A stretch of DNA of 55,830 bases from a virus (IMGVR_UViG_3300033273_000350:1-55830), one strand, 5' to 3'; positions 25,001 to 35,715 are shown, counted from the first letter of the stretch. Notes: generated by a model from the letters alone, not told the origin. Numbers and translations: made by a program.

Positions 25001-26954
25001 CAAAAACAGCACTTACTTCACCATCTCTAACTTTTATGAAATCTCCCACTGAGAAATTAGATGCTGGTGTATTTCCAGTAAATGTAATATCTTGCGTAGA
25101 TTCTACAGTTACATCATATACAATTGGTTGTGTTAATGAAGATGATTCAACAGTTAATACATCTTGATCAGAATATCCATTTCCAGGATTGCTAATGTTA
25201 TACTCACTGACAGGACCTAAAACATTAACTTGATAAACCATCGGAACAGTTGGTGTTCCATATGGAGGAATGAAAGTCAATGTAGCAGATCCACTAGTTT
25301 GTGGAGCACCTGTTAGAATTACAGACGAGTTGATAGAGTCTACTGTTTGTACCGTAATGCCGCTTCCAAGTACACCCGTTCCCGCAGTTTGCGATACTAC
25401 CATTCCAGCAGTAATTCCAGATACACTAGAAACAACAATGGTAGAAGAAAGGTCATCTAAAGTGGTAGTAACACCAGATACTTCTTGTGGAAGAGAAAGT
25501 TGATCTCCCACTTGATTTCCAGACCCTCTACTATTAAAAGTTAAATTTTTAATTATACCAGGATCAGTTGAAACATCAAACTGGAATCCAGATCCAAAAC
25601 CTCCAATAGAACTGTTACTAAAAGATAAAGAATCTCCATTTTGATAATCTTGTCCAGAATCTGCAATTACAAAGTTAGATACAACACCATCATATGCAAC
25701 GTTGGAGATGGTATATTCAAACCCACTACCAGTTCCTCCAACATCTCCAGGATAAACTGAAAATACTTGATTAGCAATATAATCAGATCCTGTTGCATCG
25801 ATTTGTACAGAAGTTACTACATTTCCAGAAACTTCAATAGTAGCTCTTAATCCTGTTCCATATTCTCCAGCAGCACCAGTAGTAATATTAATATTAGCAC
25901 CCATGCCAGCATGAGAGGAACAATCATATTTGATAGTTTCAGTTGGTGCTGTTGGTTTAATTACCAAATAAACAACTGCGCCTGCTGTTCCAGCAATACC
26001 CTTTGTTATTGTGATATAATCTGAAATACTTAAAAATCCTGATAATGCATCAAAATAAAATGGATGAGTCGCCATAGATGCATCAGAAACATCAAAAGCG
26101 TAAGTATTTCCCTTGATTAAATTTAAAACAGGTTGAACACTTCCATCGATATTATATACGTGATTTGGAGGTGGAGTTCCTGGATTTGTAACTGCAGTTA
26201 CGACAAATGTTTGTAGTGGATCATTTAATAATTCGACATTTGGATATGTACCATCAGTATATGAAGATCCAGGGTTTGTAATAGAACCAGTAATAGTTGT
26301 GGTTCCTGTCGTGGTTATATCAGCTAATGCTCCACTACCAGATCCTCCAGTCAATGGAACTGATGTATAAAATCCTGGTACATATCCAGTTCCTTGGTCA
26401 GCAACAATACCATCTACAGGATCTACTGTAAAATCCACAAAGGAATCAGAACCATTGCCATATGTTAAAGCAATACTGCTATATGATCCTGGGTTGTAAT
26501 TTGCTCCAGCATTTGTTAATTGACCATCAAATTCTAAAACAGTTAAATTAATTGTTGCTAAATCACCAGTTCCACCTAACAATCTAATGTCTGCATATGT
26601 GCCAGCATCATAATTAGATCCTTGTGTCTGAATTGATGATCCAGAATCTGTTACTGTTCTTTTTTGTAAAACAACATCTTTATATGAATATAAAGTTTCA
26701 ATGTTAAAATCTGCTAAGATTTTTGAGTCAGCAACATATCCAATTGTACTATTACTTGCTTTGTAGATACCTAAGGATGGATCTGTAGTAAAAGCTAATG
26801 ATGGGACAGCTTTTGTTCCATCCCCCAATTTCAAATTACCAGTAGCAAGATCACTGCCACCTTGTGTGATACTGAATATCTGAGATCCAATATCATTAAT
26901 CTTGACCCTTTGCTGCTCAAAGGTATCAGTTCTTGCGACGTTAATTGCTGGCAT
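22098..26954 (-). CDS. Large virion structural/fibre protein (1618 aa) with two cupredoxin-like motifs
   Basis: N-terminal VARTDTFEQQRVKIN; duplicated PxGxTxxR...GSIRxNTT...EGY...WSSLGGVRDxDGNTYI module; YDCSSHAGMG and YYCPNHVDMG. Confidence 0.8.
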   Translation of the reverse strand: MPAINVARTDTFEQQRVKINDIGSQIFSITQGGSDLATGNLKLGDGTKAVPSLAFTTDPSLGIYKASNSTIGYVADSKILADFNIETLYSYKDVVLQKRTVTDSGSSIQTQGSNYDAGTYADIRLLGGTGDLATINLTVLEFDGQLTNAGANYNPGSYSSIALTYGNGSDSFVDFTVDPVDGIVADQGTGYVPGFYTSVPLTGGSGSGALADITTTGTTTITGSITNPGSSYTDGTYPNVELLNDPLQTFVVTAVTNPGTPPPNHVYNIDGSVQPVLNLIKGNTYAFDVSDASMATHPFYFDALSGFLSISDYITITKGIAGTAGAVVYLVIKPTAPTETIKYDCSSHAGMGANINITTGAAGEYGTGLRATIEVSGNVVTSVQIDATGSDYIANQVFSVYPGDVGGTGSGFEYTISNVAYDGVVSNFVIADSGQDYQNGDSLSFSNSSIGGFGSGFQFDVSTDPGIIKNLTFNSRGSGNQVGDQLSLPQEVSGVTTTLDDLSSTIVVSSVSGITAGMVVSQTAGTGVLGSGITVQTVDSINSSVILTGAPQTSGSATLTFIPPYGTPTVPMVYQVNVLGPVSEYNISNPGNGYSDQDVLTVESSSLTQPIVYDVTVESTQDITFTGNTPASNFSVGDFIKVRDGEVSAVFVSGSTPLQSEEGNTYSNLSPVGGSGSGLVVSVERVLGGSVGTVTITNGGVDYVANETVTIPGNLVGGSSPTDDVELTLTTVSTNQQSEIFEVIESGGLITSITCEYIGLGFAQGDTIIKVGSSTTATINTGSAQGYRYFINTGSGFSITPDLNLYVGNKYRFNVSNSSNSGHDFTFSQFRDGPFSPTLVENVSTVFSLTSKNITVASTTGIVAGMEVVVSSGVGLLPPNTYVDVVVDATTITLTEFPIAPGATDVNFTGVPYTDGVVRSQNYVEISISASTPPLFYYCPNHVDMGGSDGNEAVITIDPNNPKVFGSGFELLVSSTTQQNIIRNNILTGDISAVSFTGTNASLSDIVVSGDVSTDTATVNTLTVTNITSSALSIVAPVSLSGDLNIGSTITIAESNGNITTAGILKTTNSLSVSDVLTITGSVIATSGPNDITFTPAAGRSLKVNSVTSLDLPTGTTLERPSNAVNGSIRFNTTNGQYEGYNASTTSWSSLGGVRDIDGNTYILAELSPGANDNTLWFYNDNNNTLRVTPNYLDFRSVKKISSGRLGIPSFTEWAANTPVSIGQYLKYRNNLYEVTGAGTTATSGSEPTHTSGVLNNGTAQLTWYSLAVSPIEFTEVEELRVGPNKDCPLIVSAETKILDNVISTLVQDLVLTPNAGKKVSIDAPTSLVIPVGNTNQRGSASQGSIRYNTTISQFEGYSGSNWSSLGGVRDVDGNTYIIPETAPAANENILYFYNDNVNTIQLSSTELDFTNIDTITTSGGNSLALNTDILTLDSSATTIDNTSATSTFISTTKQYLDLGLSSGLNVDPVLRLDDQGDVYLNTGFGTGNFSGVKIFDGDLKDFELADYAVATKTFDLTKGSTNNSSTILYSIASAKGCDVTVVCKSSSGKKSMAKYSVIDDGTDIYFTEIGSLNTSADGFTASFDITALNETRISLTLSDDHSNGDVVSFTLVTQTIK

Positions 26955-27147
26955 TTCTTATTAACTCTCTAAGTAGGGATTTGATTTCAGAGACTTCATC
27001 CTTCAACATATTTATGTCTTGCAACGCGGAATTCAACTGTTTTGATTTACGCCTTGCTTCGATAGCAGAATTGTCCACATTGATGATGGCACCTGTGTTT
27101 TCGTCCCTTACGAGACCATCATGTCCAGAAACTTTGATATATGACAT
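26941..27147 (-). CDS. Small conserved T4-like hypothetical protein
   Basis: YIKVSGHDGLVRDENTGAIIN followed by a C-terminal coiled coil; overlaps the start of the next gene. Confidence 0.75.
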   Translation of the reverse strand: MSYIKVSGHDGLVRDENTGAIINVDNSAIEARRKSKQLNSALQDINMLKDEVSEIKSLLRELIRNASN

Positions 27148-27156
27148 ACGCGGAAA

Positions 27157-30100
27157 TCAATATGAAGCAACAGCACGTAAATCTTGAACTTTTGGTACAA
27201 AAACAGGATCATCAGATCTCATTACAATCTTGACACCAAAGGAAGAAAATTCTGGGAGGTTAGCAACACTAAATTTGAGTTCTTGATAAGAACTTTGCTT
27301 TTCAACAATTCCAGAAATGCTGTTTTCACTGGTTGGGAATTCCTCAGTATCTGGTAAACCAGTGCCGTTGAAATACTCCCATTCAATGTTATCAAATGCT
27401 TCTTGACTTGAAGATCTCTTATATCTATAGAGAACCTGAATGTCGTTGATGTTCTTGACATTTGCAGTCAATCTTACATCAATAGAAGTTCCTGGGTTTC
27501 CAATAGAAATTTCCTTACTTACATATTTTGCAATAGAAGAACTATCACTGAAAGTAATTTCTGGTCTAAATTCAATACCATCTGTGTATTCTATTGATTT
27601 GATTTCCCAATAACCAGCGGTTTCTGATGCTTGATCAGGATAGGAAATAATATCTCCAACCCTAAAGATATCTTCTACACCTTCACCAGATCTTGCATTT
27701 CCAGAAGATGACGATTCTAATAGAGACTCAGTGTAACCAAGATTGCCATAGGGTTTCTTATCATTCTTAAGAGTAATTGTTTGATTCTTGGAATCAAAGA
27801 ACTGAACTTTACCATCAATCTTATTATCAAAGGTTGATGTTAGTAGACTTGGGTTTCTTGCAACAATCAAGTCAGCAACATTTACAGAGAAGATTTCTCT
27901 GGTTGGATCAGATCCAACTGCTCCTCCTCCACCTGCTCCAGCATTTGCTGCTGGATCCCATGAGACACTAGCATTTGCTCCACCAAAAATAATACCTTCA
28001 TTCTTCTGGAATCCATTTGTAGTAGAAACTTTTACCCAAATATTAGTGGTTCCACTAACAACAGTCTTTCTAATAATCGTTCCCTTTGCTTTACTCTCAT
28101 AACCTTCAATTGCTTGGTTGTTATCAGCATCAATATCTGTTCCAACAGGAATATTCGCAAGAGAGAAATAGTAGACATCTTTGAACTTCAAGATTTGATC
28201 TCTTCTACCATATCTGTCTTCTTGTCCAACAGATTTTTCAATTCTATTTGACAAGTATTTGACAGAAGCAGAAGAAAGATCAATTACTGGAGACAGATAA
28301 GAGACTGTAGATGAAAGATCAATCTTCAACTCAAAAGATCTGTCTAGATTATTTGAAGTCTGGTTAATCTTGGATGCCAATACTTTCTGATTATTAAAGT
28401 AGTGAATTTCATTCAAGAAAGTCTTTTCATAATCTGTTTGTGAGTAAGAAACATAGTTTGTAGTATTTGAGTCTACAGGAACAATATTAGTTGACTTAAC
28501 TTTAGTTTCAACCTTAGTTGCACTGAAAGTTAGATAATTGACCTGTGGATACATACGCTCATATTTCTTGTTTGTTGCAACAAGAATATTTCCACCACCG
28601 CCACGAAGAGTATTTGCAGCAACAGTTGCGTTTTCAATGTGGTAGTAATCAACACCAGCACCTTTTACCTCAAAGAGTGTTGTGTTCAGTTGTGTAGCAG
28701 TTACACCAGCAACCTCTGTTGCATTTCTGAAGAATACATATGACTTACCACGATCTTCAAAACCATGGTTTGGATGTAGGATTCTTAGGATCTTATTGTT
28801 GTTTCTAAACAAGTCCGAAGTTGCGCCAGCGTTTGAGGTGCCATCAGTTTGAATTGGATTTGTTCCTAGTAACTGATAACCAAGATCTTCATTTTCAACC
28901 TTCAAACTTCCAACTCTACTGATATCAAATTCAGCACGGTTGATGGTAAATTTGATATCTTCAAATAGATCTTCTGCCCAAGTATCAACGTTCTGAGATC
29001 TGAATACAGATCCAAGTAGAGGTTGAGTAGTAACAGGTGTACTGGTAGCAATCTCAATCTCTCCAAGGCGAGATGTCCAAATTGCATATTCGGTTGAGTC
29101 TGTTTCGATTACTAGAGCATACTTAGAGTTGTTCTGTAAGTAAACGGGGTTTGCAAACTTAAACTTAGTTGGTGTAGTTGACTGTGTAACACCCGTAGGA
29201 TCGATTGCAACACCCATTCTTACCGCAGGGGTATCGATAGTCAACTTTGCCTCAATAACGGCACCAGAAGCGCCATTACCAATGCCTTTGACGACGATAG
29301 ATGGAGGAGCAGTGTACTCGGATCCAAACAGCGTCACATCTGTGTTGTAAATTTCTCCACCAGAGATACTAACACTACCATTTGCAACACTTCCTCCAGG
29401 AAGTTGTGGACTTTCTACAGAGAGAATTGCAGAATCATAGTTTGATCCTGTTTCCTTAACAACTAGTTCAGAAACCTTACCAGCGTCTTTTGCAATAGTA
29501 ATTGAAAGGTCTGTGTTGTTCGTTGCATTATATGTCGTCAAAGATCCAATGATCAGAGTTTCATTTTGTACAAACTCTTTTCCATTATGATTGTCCAGAA
29601 CAAATGTGTATACTTGTTCGTTGGTTAAAGTAACAACGCCGCTGCTGGAAGCAGTAACTTCATTGTTATTTCTATCAAGAACTTTAGCGAGTGGACCACT
29701 GCAGTTTGATCTAGCACCAGTAATAGTTTCACCAATCGTAACTGTTAGAGTTCCGCTAGTAAATACACGAATTCTTGTATTTGGAACAAGTGATACTTCT
29801 GTTCCAGGAACAATATATTTTCCTGGTTTGTCGCTTTCTGTATTTGTTAGATAAACTCTGATTGGAATATTAGTTGATTTTTTGTTAAAGTAGAGGTCAA
29901 CACTGGTAGCAAAGCAACCACCTTCAAAGTTTTCAATCTTGAATGTTTGTGCAAGTGGATTTGGTCTTGCTTCAACATCAGTTACACTATCGATAATTTG
30001 GACACCTTCATTCGCCTTAAAGATTGCTGGTGAAGTTGAGTTGATTGTTGCTGGATTCTCAGGGAGTCTTCCGATAGCATAGTATTTGATTTCTGCATAA

Positions 30101-33100
30101 GTATCAACTTCTTCTTTAGCAGCATTAGAAGCACTAGAGGTAAACCTGAAAGTTTTAATTCCAGTCGTTACTCTTACTTGTTCAGAAGTTGCATCATAAT
30201 CAATGGTATTGGGATTTCCTGTCCAGGTAGCATTTTGAAGTGGCGCATATCCACCAGGGATGAGAATTAATCCACTAGCATTACCATTTTCGTCTGTGAT
30301 AATTGGACCGTTAAATCCCTGAAGAGAACTTCCAGCAATTCCAGTAAATCTGTTATCTGGATTGACCCATCTGGAAATATCCTTTCCTTCTAAGAAAGGA
30401 TGTAGTTTTGTAGAAGGCTTGAGTCTTCTTAGGACATACTTAACTGCAATACTTCTTGCAAAGAATCTCAGTGAAGTAGCTACTGTTCCCTTATCAGAGG
30501 AGTCGGTTGATAGACCCTTGCCAATCTCGTTATTCTGAGGACTTACATTAGAAGAACTAGCAACAGATGCTTGCTGAACTTTTGATCCAGCAGAGTCTGA
30601 GTTGATGCTTCCGAAAGAAGTAATCTCACCAGATACATCTTTAGATCCAACCCAATTGATTACAAACGAGTTGAATAGACTTGAGAATGAATCTCTAATT
30701 TCATTTTTAGCAATGAAAATAGAATACAGTTGTGTATTGTTATCTACGATGAGAGGTTCAACCGTCTTGTCATACCAAGGATCAATTCTTGGAGATAGTT
30801 GACCTTCTCCAACGTATTGAAGTGCTACAAATGGATTTGGATTAATTGTCTTTGTAGCAAAGTCATTTCCTAGAAGAGGAAGTGTTGTATATGGTAGAGT
30901 GACAATATCACCAGTCTTCTGGTATCCATCAATAACTCTCTGGTCATCTCTACTGTTTACTTCTCTTAGTCCAAATGATTCTTCATTACTTTGAGATCTG
31001 AGTACAGATTGTTGAGTATCGATAGCACAGAGATAGTCTGCGGAAGAAATGTCACCAATCTTATGAGTCTCAAAATTATCAACGATAAATCCAGTCTTAA
31101 ATCTATCAAAACCAATGTCATCACGAATCTGCATTCCTAGTGCTTGCTGCTCAAGAATACTGAGGGTAGTGTAATACTCAAGACGCTCAATACGCTTCTC
31201 AAGTTTACCAATATCTTTCATCGTATATCTACGATTATCAACAGGAGTAATTCTTACATCCTTACTGGTTGTAGTAAATGCTGGGATATAGAGATAATAT
31301 AGAGCGATTGCGTCATCCAGTGGTTCTGGACGTGTTGGATTCTGTGAAGAGTTGCCTTCCTTGAGTACGAATTGTCCTTTCTTGTTAAGGAAGATGCCAT
31401 CAATTCTATTAAGGAATTCTGATTGACTAAAGCTGAATGTATATTCAAGGTTACTATCAGGAGCAGGAGTTACAGAAACAACCCCACCCTCTCCAGTGAA
31501 TGTTGTTGTTGGTTCTTGTCTCGAAGAAACGTTTGCAAATCCAGAAATATATGCAGAAGAGTCTACCTTTGGTCTGAAGTCAAGAACGTTCTTGAGTGAA
31601 ACAATACCATGGACAGATGAGTTAAATGATGGGATTTCTTCTAGAGTTACACCAGCTTCGTGGGAGTAACTATCAACTGTGCAGAAATCTCCTTGGGAGT
31701 GCTCGAAGTAATCAAAAGCAATAACAATCTGACCAGTTGGAGCAGGGTATCCTGGTTTTAGAACAAGTCTGGATACATCATAATAAGTATCTCTTTGTCC
31801 ATCATCGAATGTAAATCTATCACTGATATCAGTTCCATTACCAACTAGATTACCAGCAGTATCTACATCTGGTGCAGCAACTGATGTTCCTTCATAGACA
31901 TACCTAACACGGAAAGCATCAGAGTAAGAGGAAATGGTAGTGGATTCATCATCAAAGTTTTCTCCTCTGATTGGGATTACTCTATCACCAACAGACTTGA
32001 TAAGAATTCTCTTATTCTTTACAGCAGTCTTAATTCTAGGACGTGCTTTACTTAATTCTAAAGTAGCAGATAGTTTTAATTTGGGGAAATTAGCTGTAGC
32101 GTTGAATACACTAGTTGGCAATGTAATGATAACAGAACCAGCATTTAATCCACTTGCTTGATCAGTAGTGTTTGATGTGGCAATATTATCACTGGTTAAG
32201 TAAATAATGTCACCAGTTTTTACGTTAGTAGAATCACCTGGATCAAGAACACTCATGATAAAGTTTGACTCATCAAAAGTAACAAACCTTTGTGTTCCAA
32301 ATGGCAACTGAGCGGTAAACGTAATGAAGTTACCACTGGTGGTAGACGTGGTAACAAAATCTCTTCTATAGTAGTATTTGATCTTAGAGTCTTCAGATCC
32401 CCTAGAGATAGAAGAAACTTGACCACTACCTGTTGGATAAATTAAAGTTCCTTGTGCGAAATTATCAATCTTGGGAACAATCTTGACAATGTTTCCATTT
32501 ACTACTTCTTCTGGTAAACACTTATCAAGATAGATTCTTGACTTGATTGTTCCTTCTGGTTCAGTTGCATATTGAACCATTCCTTTTACAGAAAGACCAT
32601 CTGTTCCAGTATATTGGACATAATCACCTTGCTTGACGAATTGTGTAGCATCTCCACCAAATCCATTACACTCAAGGAACTTAAATCCTTTTTTACCTGA
32701 GAAAGTAAATTCCGTGATGGATACAAGATTTACATATTCTGTCTTTTCATCTTCAATGTCAGCAGTAAACTTGTTTGCACCAAGAGATCCAAATGCGGCA
32801 CCAAAAGACTTAACGTCTTGAGGATTGTAATTGACAACTGTATTTCTATACAAGATAGCATCAACTCTTGCAGCAAGTGAAATATTGCTGAGACCAGTAG
32901 TTACTGTAATAACAGGTGGTTGAGAATATGTTTGAGTAAACGAAGCTCTGTCACGAATATCAACATACATTACCTCACCAGCAGCATTTGTAGATACAGT
33001 GACTTTTGAGGTATCAAATAATTGACCGTTAATGCTAATAGTAACAACAGAATTTGATGGACCACTGCTAGCAGTATATCCACCCGTTGATCTGTACTTG

Positions 33101-35640
33101 GTTACGAAATGAGAGATCGTATTTTCTGTTGCGATTTTTGCAGAGTTATCGTTCTCATCTTTTAGAACTTCTCCTGATTTAAACTCACCAGAGAGTTTAC
33201 GAATCATTAGAATTCCAGAACTACTAAATGCAGACTGTGTTGTTCCCTCTACGATACCATATGCTCCACTGGTTGCACCAATAATATAATCACCAGGACC
33301 AAATCCATTTTCTGGTTGACTCTCTAGAATAATCTTAGTAAAGAATTGAGGACCAAAGTATGATAATCCAAAAATACTATTGTATGCTTTGCTTCCATCA
33401 GACAGAGTACCTTTAGATACAACTACATCGGTATCTGAGTTAAAACCAAATCCTTTTTCTTTTAGTGTAAAGTTACTTGGTTTTGTTGTACCAATAAGTG
33501 GTGTTACAACTTCACTGTAGTCAACAATGTATCCTAACTTTTCTACAGGTATAATACTAGCAACTGTGATAACAATGTCATCAGTTGTATCTGCACCACC
33601 AATAGAACTTCCAAGAATGGTAATTGTTTCTGTTGGAGTATACCCAGATCCAGCATCAGCAATTGTTACGGATGAGATTGCACCAGTTCCATCTCTTACG
33701 ACATCAAACTTTGCATTGACACCATTAGCAGATGTGACACCAGTTACATCACTGTAAGTTTGTGAAGATTGACCAGCAAGAATTGTTCCGTTAGTCTTTG
33801 TGAAAGTTGCAATTGGACCTTGACCAGCACCAGTTGTTGTACCTAAGAACAAAAATCTTCTTGATCCATCATCTTCTGGGTCATATTCTAGTAGAGCAGA
33901 TAGTTCTGCTTTGTTACCAAGAAGTGTAATTTCAGCAAAGTTTTTATTGGGATCACCAGGGCTAGCATCTGCTCTCTTTACAATACTAAAACCAACTACC
34001 TTAAATGAGTTATATGCTTCTGGTAAACCAGATGCTCTAGTCGAAACAGCGTGTAATTCACCATTAGAATCACAGATGTCACTGAAGACTAGTGTTGGAC
34101 TTGCATTATTTATTGGGTTTGCTTTAAGAACTAAATTCTGTTGGCTAACTTCTACGGTTACGGTTTTAATACCATCAGAATCGGTAAAAAGAGATCCTCT
34201 GCGATTAATAGTATTGATTCTGCCATCAGCATCTTCGGTAGATCTTTGTGTTGATGTAAAATCAATCGCTCTTCCTACAACAGCATCATTGTATACGTTG
34301 TACAATTCTACATCTGGATATGCAGTAAGATCAGATCCTTCGGCATTTAGAGGAATAGAACCAGATACGTTCTTTACAGAATATGTTGGAAGACCTCTGG
34401 TTTTAATTGTAACATTGTCACTATCTAGAGTTTCTCTTGCCTTGCTTACTTCTAGTTCTTTAGTTTCTTTGTTTACAATTTCATATCCTCTAATGTATGC
34501 CTTTCCAGGTCCAACATTAGCAAGCATCTTTTCTGATGCATCTTGCTCAGAAAGTCCGTTATAATTTCCTTCACTGTCAGCGGCATAAACACCGTTGTTT
34601 CCTTCCTTCTGTGCGTATTCTCTTACATCTACAGAAAAGTTATCAACAACATAATCGCCAGACTCATCATAAGTTCTTCTAGCAAGTGTTTGCTCTAGAA
34701 GTGAATAGTCTGCTTGTACTACTTTTTTCTCAATTACTCCTCTTCTAACACGTAGTAATTGAATAAAGTTCTTATCAGTTTGAGTATCTAAAGAATACTG
34801 CTTGAGTGATAGAGAAATTTTTAGTCTGTGTGCTCCAGGAGCAGAGAAGTTTGAAGACCCAATTGCATTATCGTAGAGCGATGCATCTTCTTCTGGAGTT
34901 ACAATATCTTCCTCTACCAGGAATCCAATTTTTGCACTGGGTGCATTATAGTATGGATCGATTACTAGTAGTTGCTCGTCATTGCGAACAAAATAACCAT
35001 TTACAAAATAGATACCCTCTTCAACTTTTACCGCTGAAGCAAAACCCATTGCTGGACTTACAATAGAAGATTCTTCTTGCGTGTCTGGGTCTACAACAGT
35101 TAGTGCAGTCGGAAGAACAGATCCGTCTGTTCCAACAACCATTAATGGAGTGTTGATGCCATTAATGACTTCTAGAGTTTCACCTTGTCTAAAAGTAGTC
35201 TCATTATTAGCATTACCACTGGTTGTGTATACAACAAACAGAGTATCTGAATTGGTTTCTGTTGCTCCTTTACTAGAAACTACATTACCGATGACACCAG
35301 AAGTTAAACCACGAATTTGTTGCCCAACCAACGCTGAAATATCATACTTTTTGTATACGATATTTCCAGCACCATCATTTACTGCAACTTCTGATACAGA
35401 AGACAACTTAACAAAATCTAATTTGTTATTGAGTCCTACTTCACCAGGAATTACAAGTTCACCTTGCTTGAAAGAATACTTACCAAAACTTTCAATCTGA
35501 TTTTGAAGAATTGATTGAAGTTGCGTTAGCTCTCTTCCTTGAATGGAGTATCCAGGACGGAAAAGAACTTTATAAAAATTCTTGTTCGCGTCAAAGTCCT
35601 CGAAATAAGGATTTACATTAAGGTTCGTCTTCTGAGGCAT
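27157..35640 (-). CDS. VrlC-like (DUF4815) large virion structural protein (2827 aa)
   Basis: NLNVNPYFEDFD...KVLFRPG...QGRELTQLQSILQNQ, LARRTYDESGDY, RRYTMKDIGKLEKRIERLEYYTTLS, RFKTGFIVDNF, PLAQTF; TATAAATA upstream. Confidence 0.85.
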   Translation of the reverse strand: MPQKTNLNVNPYFEDFDANKNFYKVLFRPGYSIQGRELTQLQSILQNQIESFGKYSFKQGELVIPGEVGLNNKLDFVKLSSVSEVAVNDGAGNIVYKKYDISALVGQQIRGLTSGVIGNVVSSKGATETNSDTLFVVYTTSGNANNETTFRQGETLEVINGINTPLMVVGTDGSVLPTALTVVDPDTQEESSIVSPAMGFASAVKVEEGIYFVNGYFVRNDEQLLVIDPYYNAPSAKIGFLVEEDIVTPEEDASLYDNAIGSSNFSAPGAHRLKISLSLKQYSLDTQTDKNFIQLLRVRRGVIEKKVVQADYSLLEQTLARRTYDESGDYVVDNFSVDVREYAQKEGNNGVYAADSEGNYNGLSEQDASEKMLANVGPGKAYIRGYEIVNKETKELEVSKARETLDSDNVTIKTRGLPTYSVKNVSGSIPLNAEGSDLTAYPDVELYNVYNDAVVGRAIDFTSTQRSTEDADGRINTINRRGSLFTDSDGIKTVTVEVSQQNLVLKANPINNASPTLVFSDICDSNGELHAVSTRASGLPEAYNSFKVVGFSIVKRADASPGDPNKNFAEITLLGNKAELSALLEYDPEDDGSRRFLFLGTTTGAGQGPIATFTKTNGTILAGQSSQTYSDVTGVTSANGVNAKFDVVRDGTGAISSVTIADAGSGYTPTETITILGSSIGGADTTDDIVITVASIIPVEKLGYIVDYSEVVTPLIGTTKPSNFTLKEKGFGFNSDTDVVVSKGTLSDGSKAYNSIFGLSYFGPQFFTKIILESQPENGFGPGDYIIGATSGAYGIVEGTTQSAFSSSGILMIRKLSGEFKSGEVLKDENDNSAKIATENTISHFVTKYRSTGGYTASSGPSNSVVTISINGQLFDTSKVTVSTNAAGEVMYVDIRDRASFTQTYSQPPVITVTTGLSNISLAARVDAILYRNTVVNYNPQDVKSFGAAFGSLGANKFTADIEDEKTEYVNLVSITEFTFSGKKGFKFLECNGFGGDATQFVKQGDYVQYTGTDGLSVKGMVQYATEPEGTIKSRIYLDKCLPEEVVNGNIVKIVPKIDNFAQGTLIYPTGSGQVSSISRGSEDSKIKYYYRRDFVTTSTTSGNFITFTAQLPFGTQRFVTFDESNFIMSVLDPGDSTNVKTGDIIYLTSDNIATSNTTDQASGLNAGSVIITLPTSVFNATANFPKLKLSATLELSKARPRIKTAVKNKRILIKSVGDRVIPIRGENFDDESTTISSYSDAFRVRYVYEGTSVAAPDVDTAGNLVGNGTDISDRFTFDDGQRDTYYDVSRLVLKPGYPAPTGQIVIAFDYFEHSQGDFCTVDSYSHEAGVTLEEIPSFNSSVHGIVSLKNVLDFRPKVDSSAYISGFANVSSRQEPTTTFTGEGGVVSVTPAPDSNLEYTFSFSQSEFLNRIDGIFLNKKGQFVLKEGNSSQNPTRPEPLDDAIALYYLYIPAFTTTSKDVRITPVDNRRYTMKDIGKLEKRIERLEYYTTLSILEQQALGMQIRDDIGFDRFKTGFIVDNFETHKIGDISSADYLCAIDTQQSVLRSQSNEESFGLREVNSRDDQRVIDGYQKTGDIVTLPYTTLPLLGNDFATKTINPNPFVALQYVGEGQLSPRIDPWYDKTVEPLIVDNNTQLYSIFIAKNEIRDSFSSLFNSFVINWVGSKDVSGEITSFGSINSDSAGSKVQQASVASSSNVSPQNNEIGKGLSTDSSDKGTVATSLRFFARSIAVKYVLRRLKPSTKLHPFLEGKDISRWVNPDNRFTGIAGSSLQGFNGPIITDENGNASGLILIPGGYAPLQNATWTGNPNTIDYDATSEQVRVTTGIKTFRFTSSASNAAKEEVDTYAEIKYYAIGRLPENPATINSTSPAIFKANEGVQIIDSVTDVEARPNPLAQTFKIENFEGGCFATSVDLYFNKKSTNIPIRVYLTNTESDKPGKYIVPGTEVSLVPNTRIRVFTSGTLTVTIGETITGARSNCSGPLAKVLDRNNNEVTASSSGVVTLTNEQVYTFVLDNHNGKEFVQNETLIIGSLTTYNATNNTDLSITIAKDAGKVSELVVKETGSNYDSAILSVESPQLPGGSVANGSVSISGGEIYNTDVTLFGSEYTAPPSIVVKGIGNGASGAVIEAKLTIDTPAVRMGVAIDPTGVTQSTTPTKFKFANPVYLQNNSKYALVIETDSTEYAIWTSRLGEIEIATSTPVTTQPLLGSVFRSQNVDTWAEDLFEDIKFTINRAEFDISRVGSLKVENEDLGYQLLGTNPIQTDGTSNAGATSDLFRNNNKILRILHPNHGFEDRGKSYVFFRNATEVAGVTATQLNTTLFEVKGAGVDYYHIENATVAANTLRGGGGNILVATNKKYERMYPQVNYLTFSATKVETKVKSTNIVPVDSNTTNYVSYSQTDYEKTFLNEIHYFNNQKVLASKINQTSNNLDRSFELKIDLSSTVSYLSPVIDLSSASVKYLSNRIEKSVGQEDRYGRRDQILKFKDVYYFSLANIPVGTDIDADNNQAIEGYESKAKGTIIRKTVVSGTTNIWVKVSTTNGFQKNEGIIFGGANASVSWDPAANAGAGGGGAVGSDPTREIFSVNVADLIVARNPSLLTSTFDNKIDGKVQFFDSKNQTITLKNDKKPYGNLGYTESLLESSSSGNARSGEGVEDIFRVGDIISYPDQASETAGYWEIKSIEYTDGIEFRPEITFSDSSSIAKYVSKEISIGNPGTSIDVRLTANVKNINDIQVLYRYKRSSSQEAFDNIEWEYFNGTGLPDTEEFPTSENSISGIVEKQSSYQELKFSVANLPEFSSFGVKIVMRSDDPVFVPKVQDLRAVASY

Positions 35641-35674
35641 CTTACTCCGCCAAATACTAGTATCTAGTCCCTAG

Positions 35675-35682
35675 TATTTATA
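35675..35682 (-). promoter_or_regulatory. T4-type late promoter TATAAATA
   Basis: Exact T4 gp55 consensus, 35 nt upstream of the VrlC-like ATG. Confidence 0.8.
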
Positions 35683-35687
35683 GAGAT

Positions 35688-35715
35688 AAAAAAAATCCCC
35701 CGATTGCTCGGGGGA
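35688..35715 (-). terminator. Rho-independent terminator after gp8
   Basis: TCCCCCGA-GCAA-TCGGGGGA (8-bp stem, GNRA loop) followed by T8. Confidence 0.9.
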
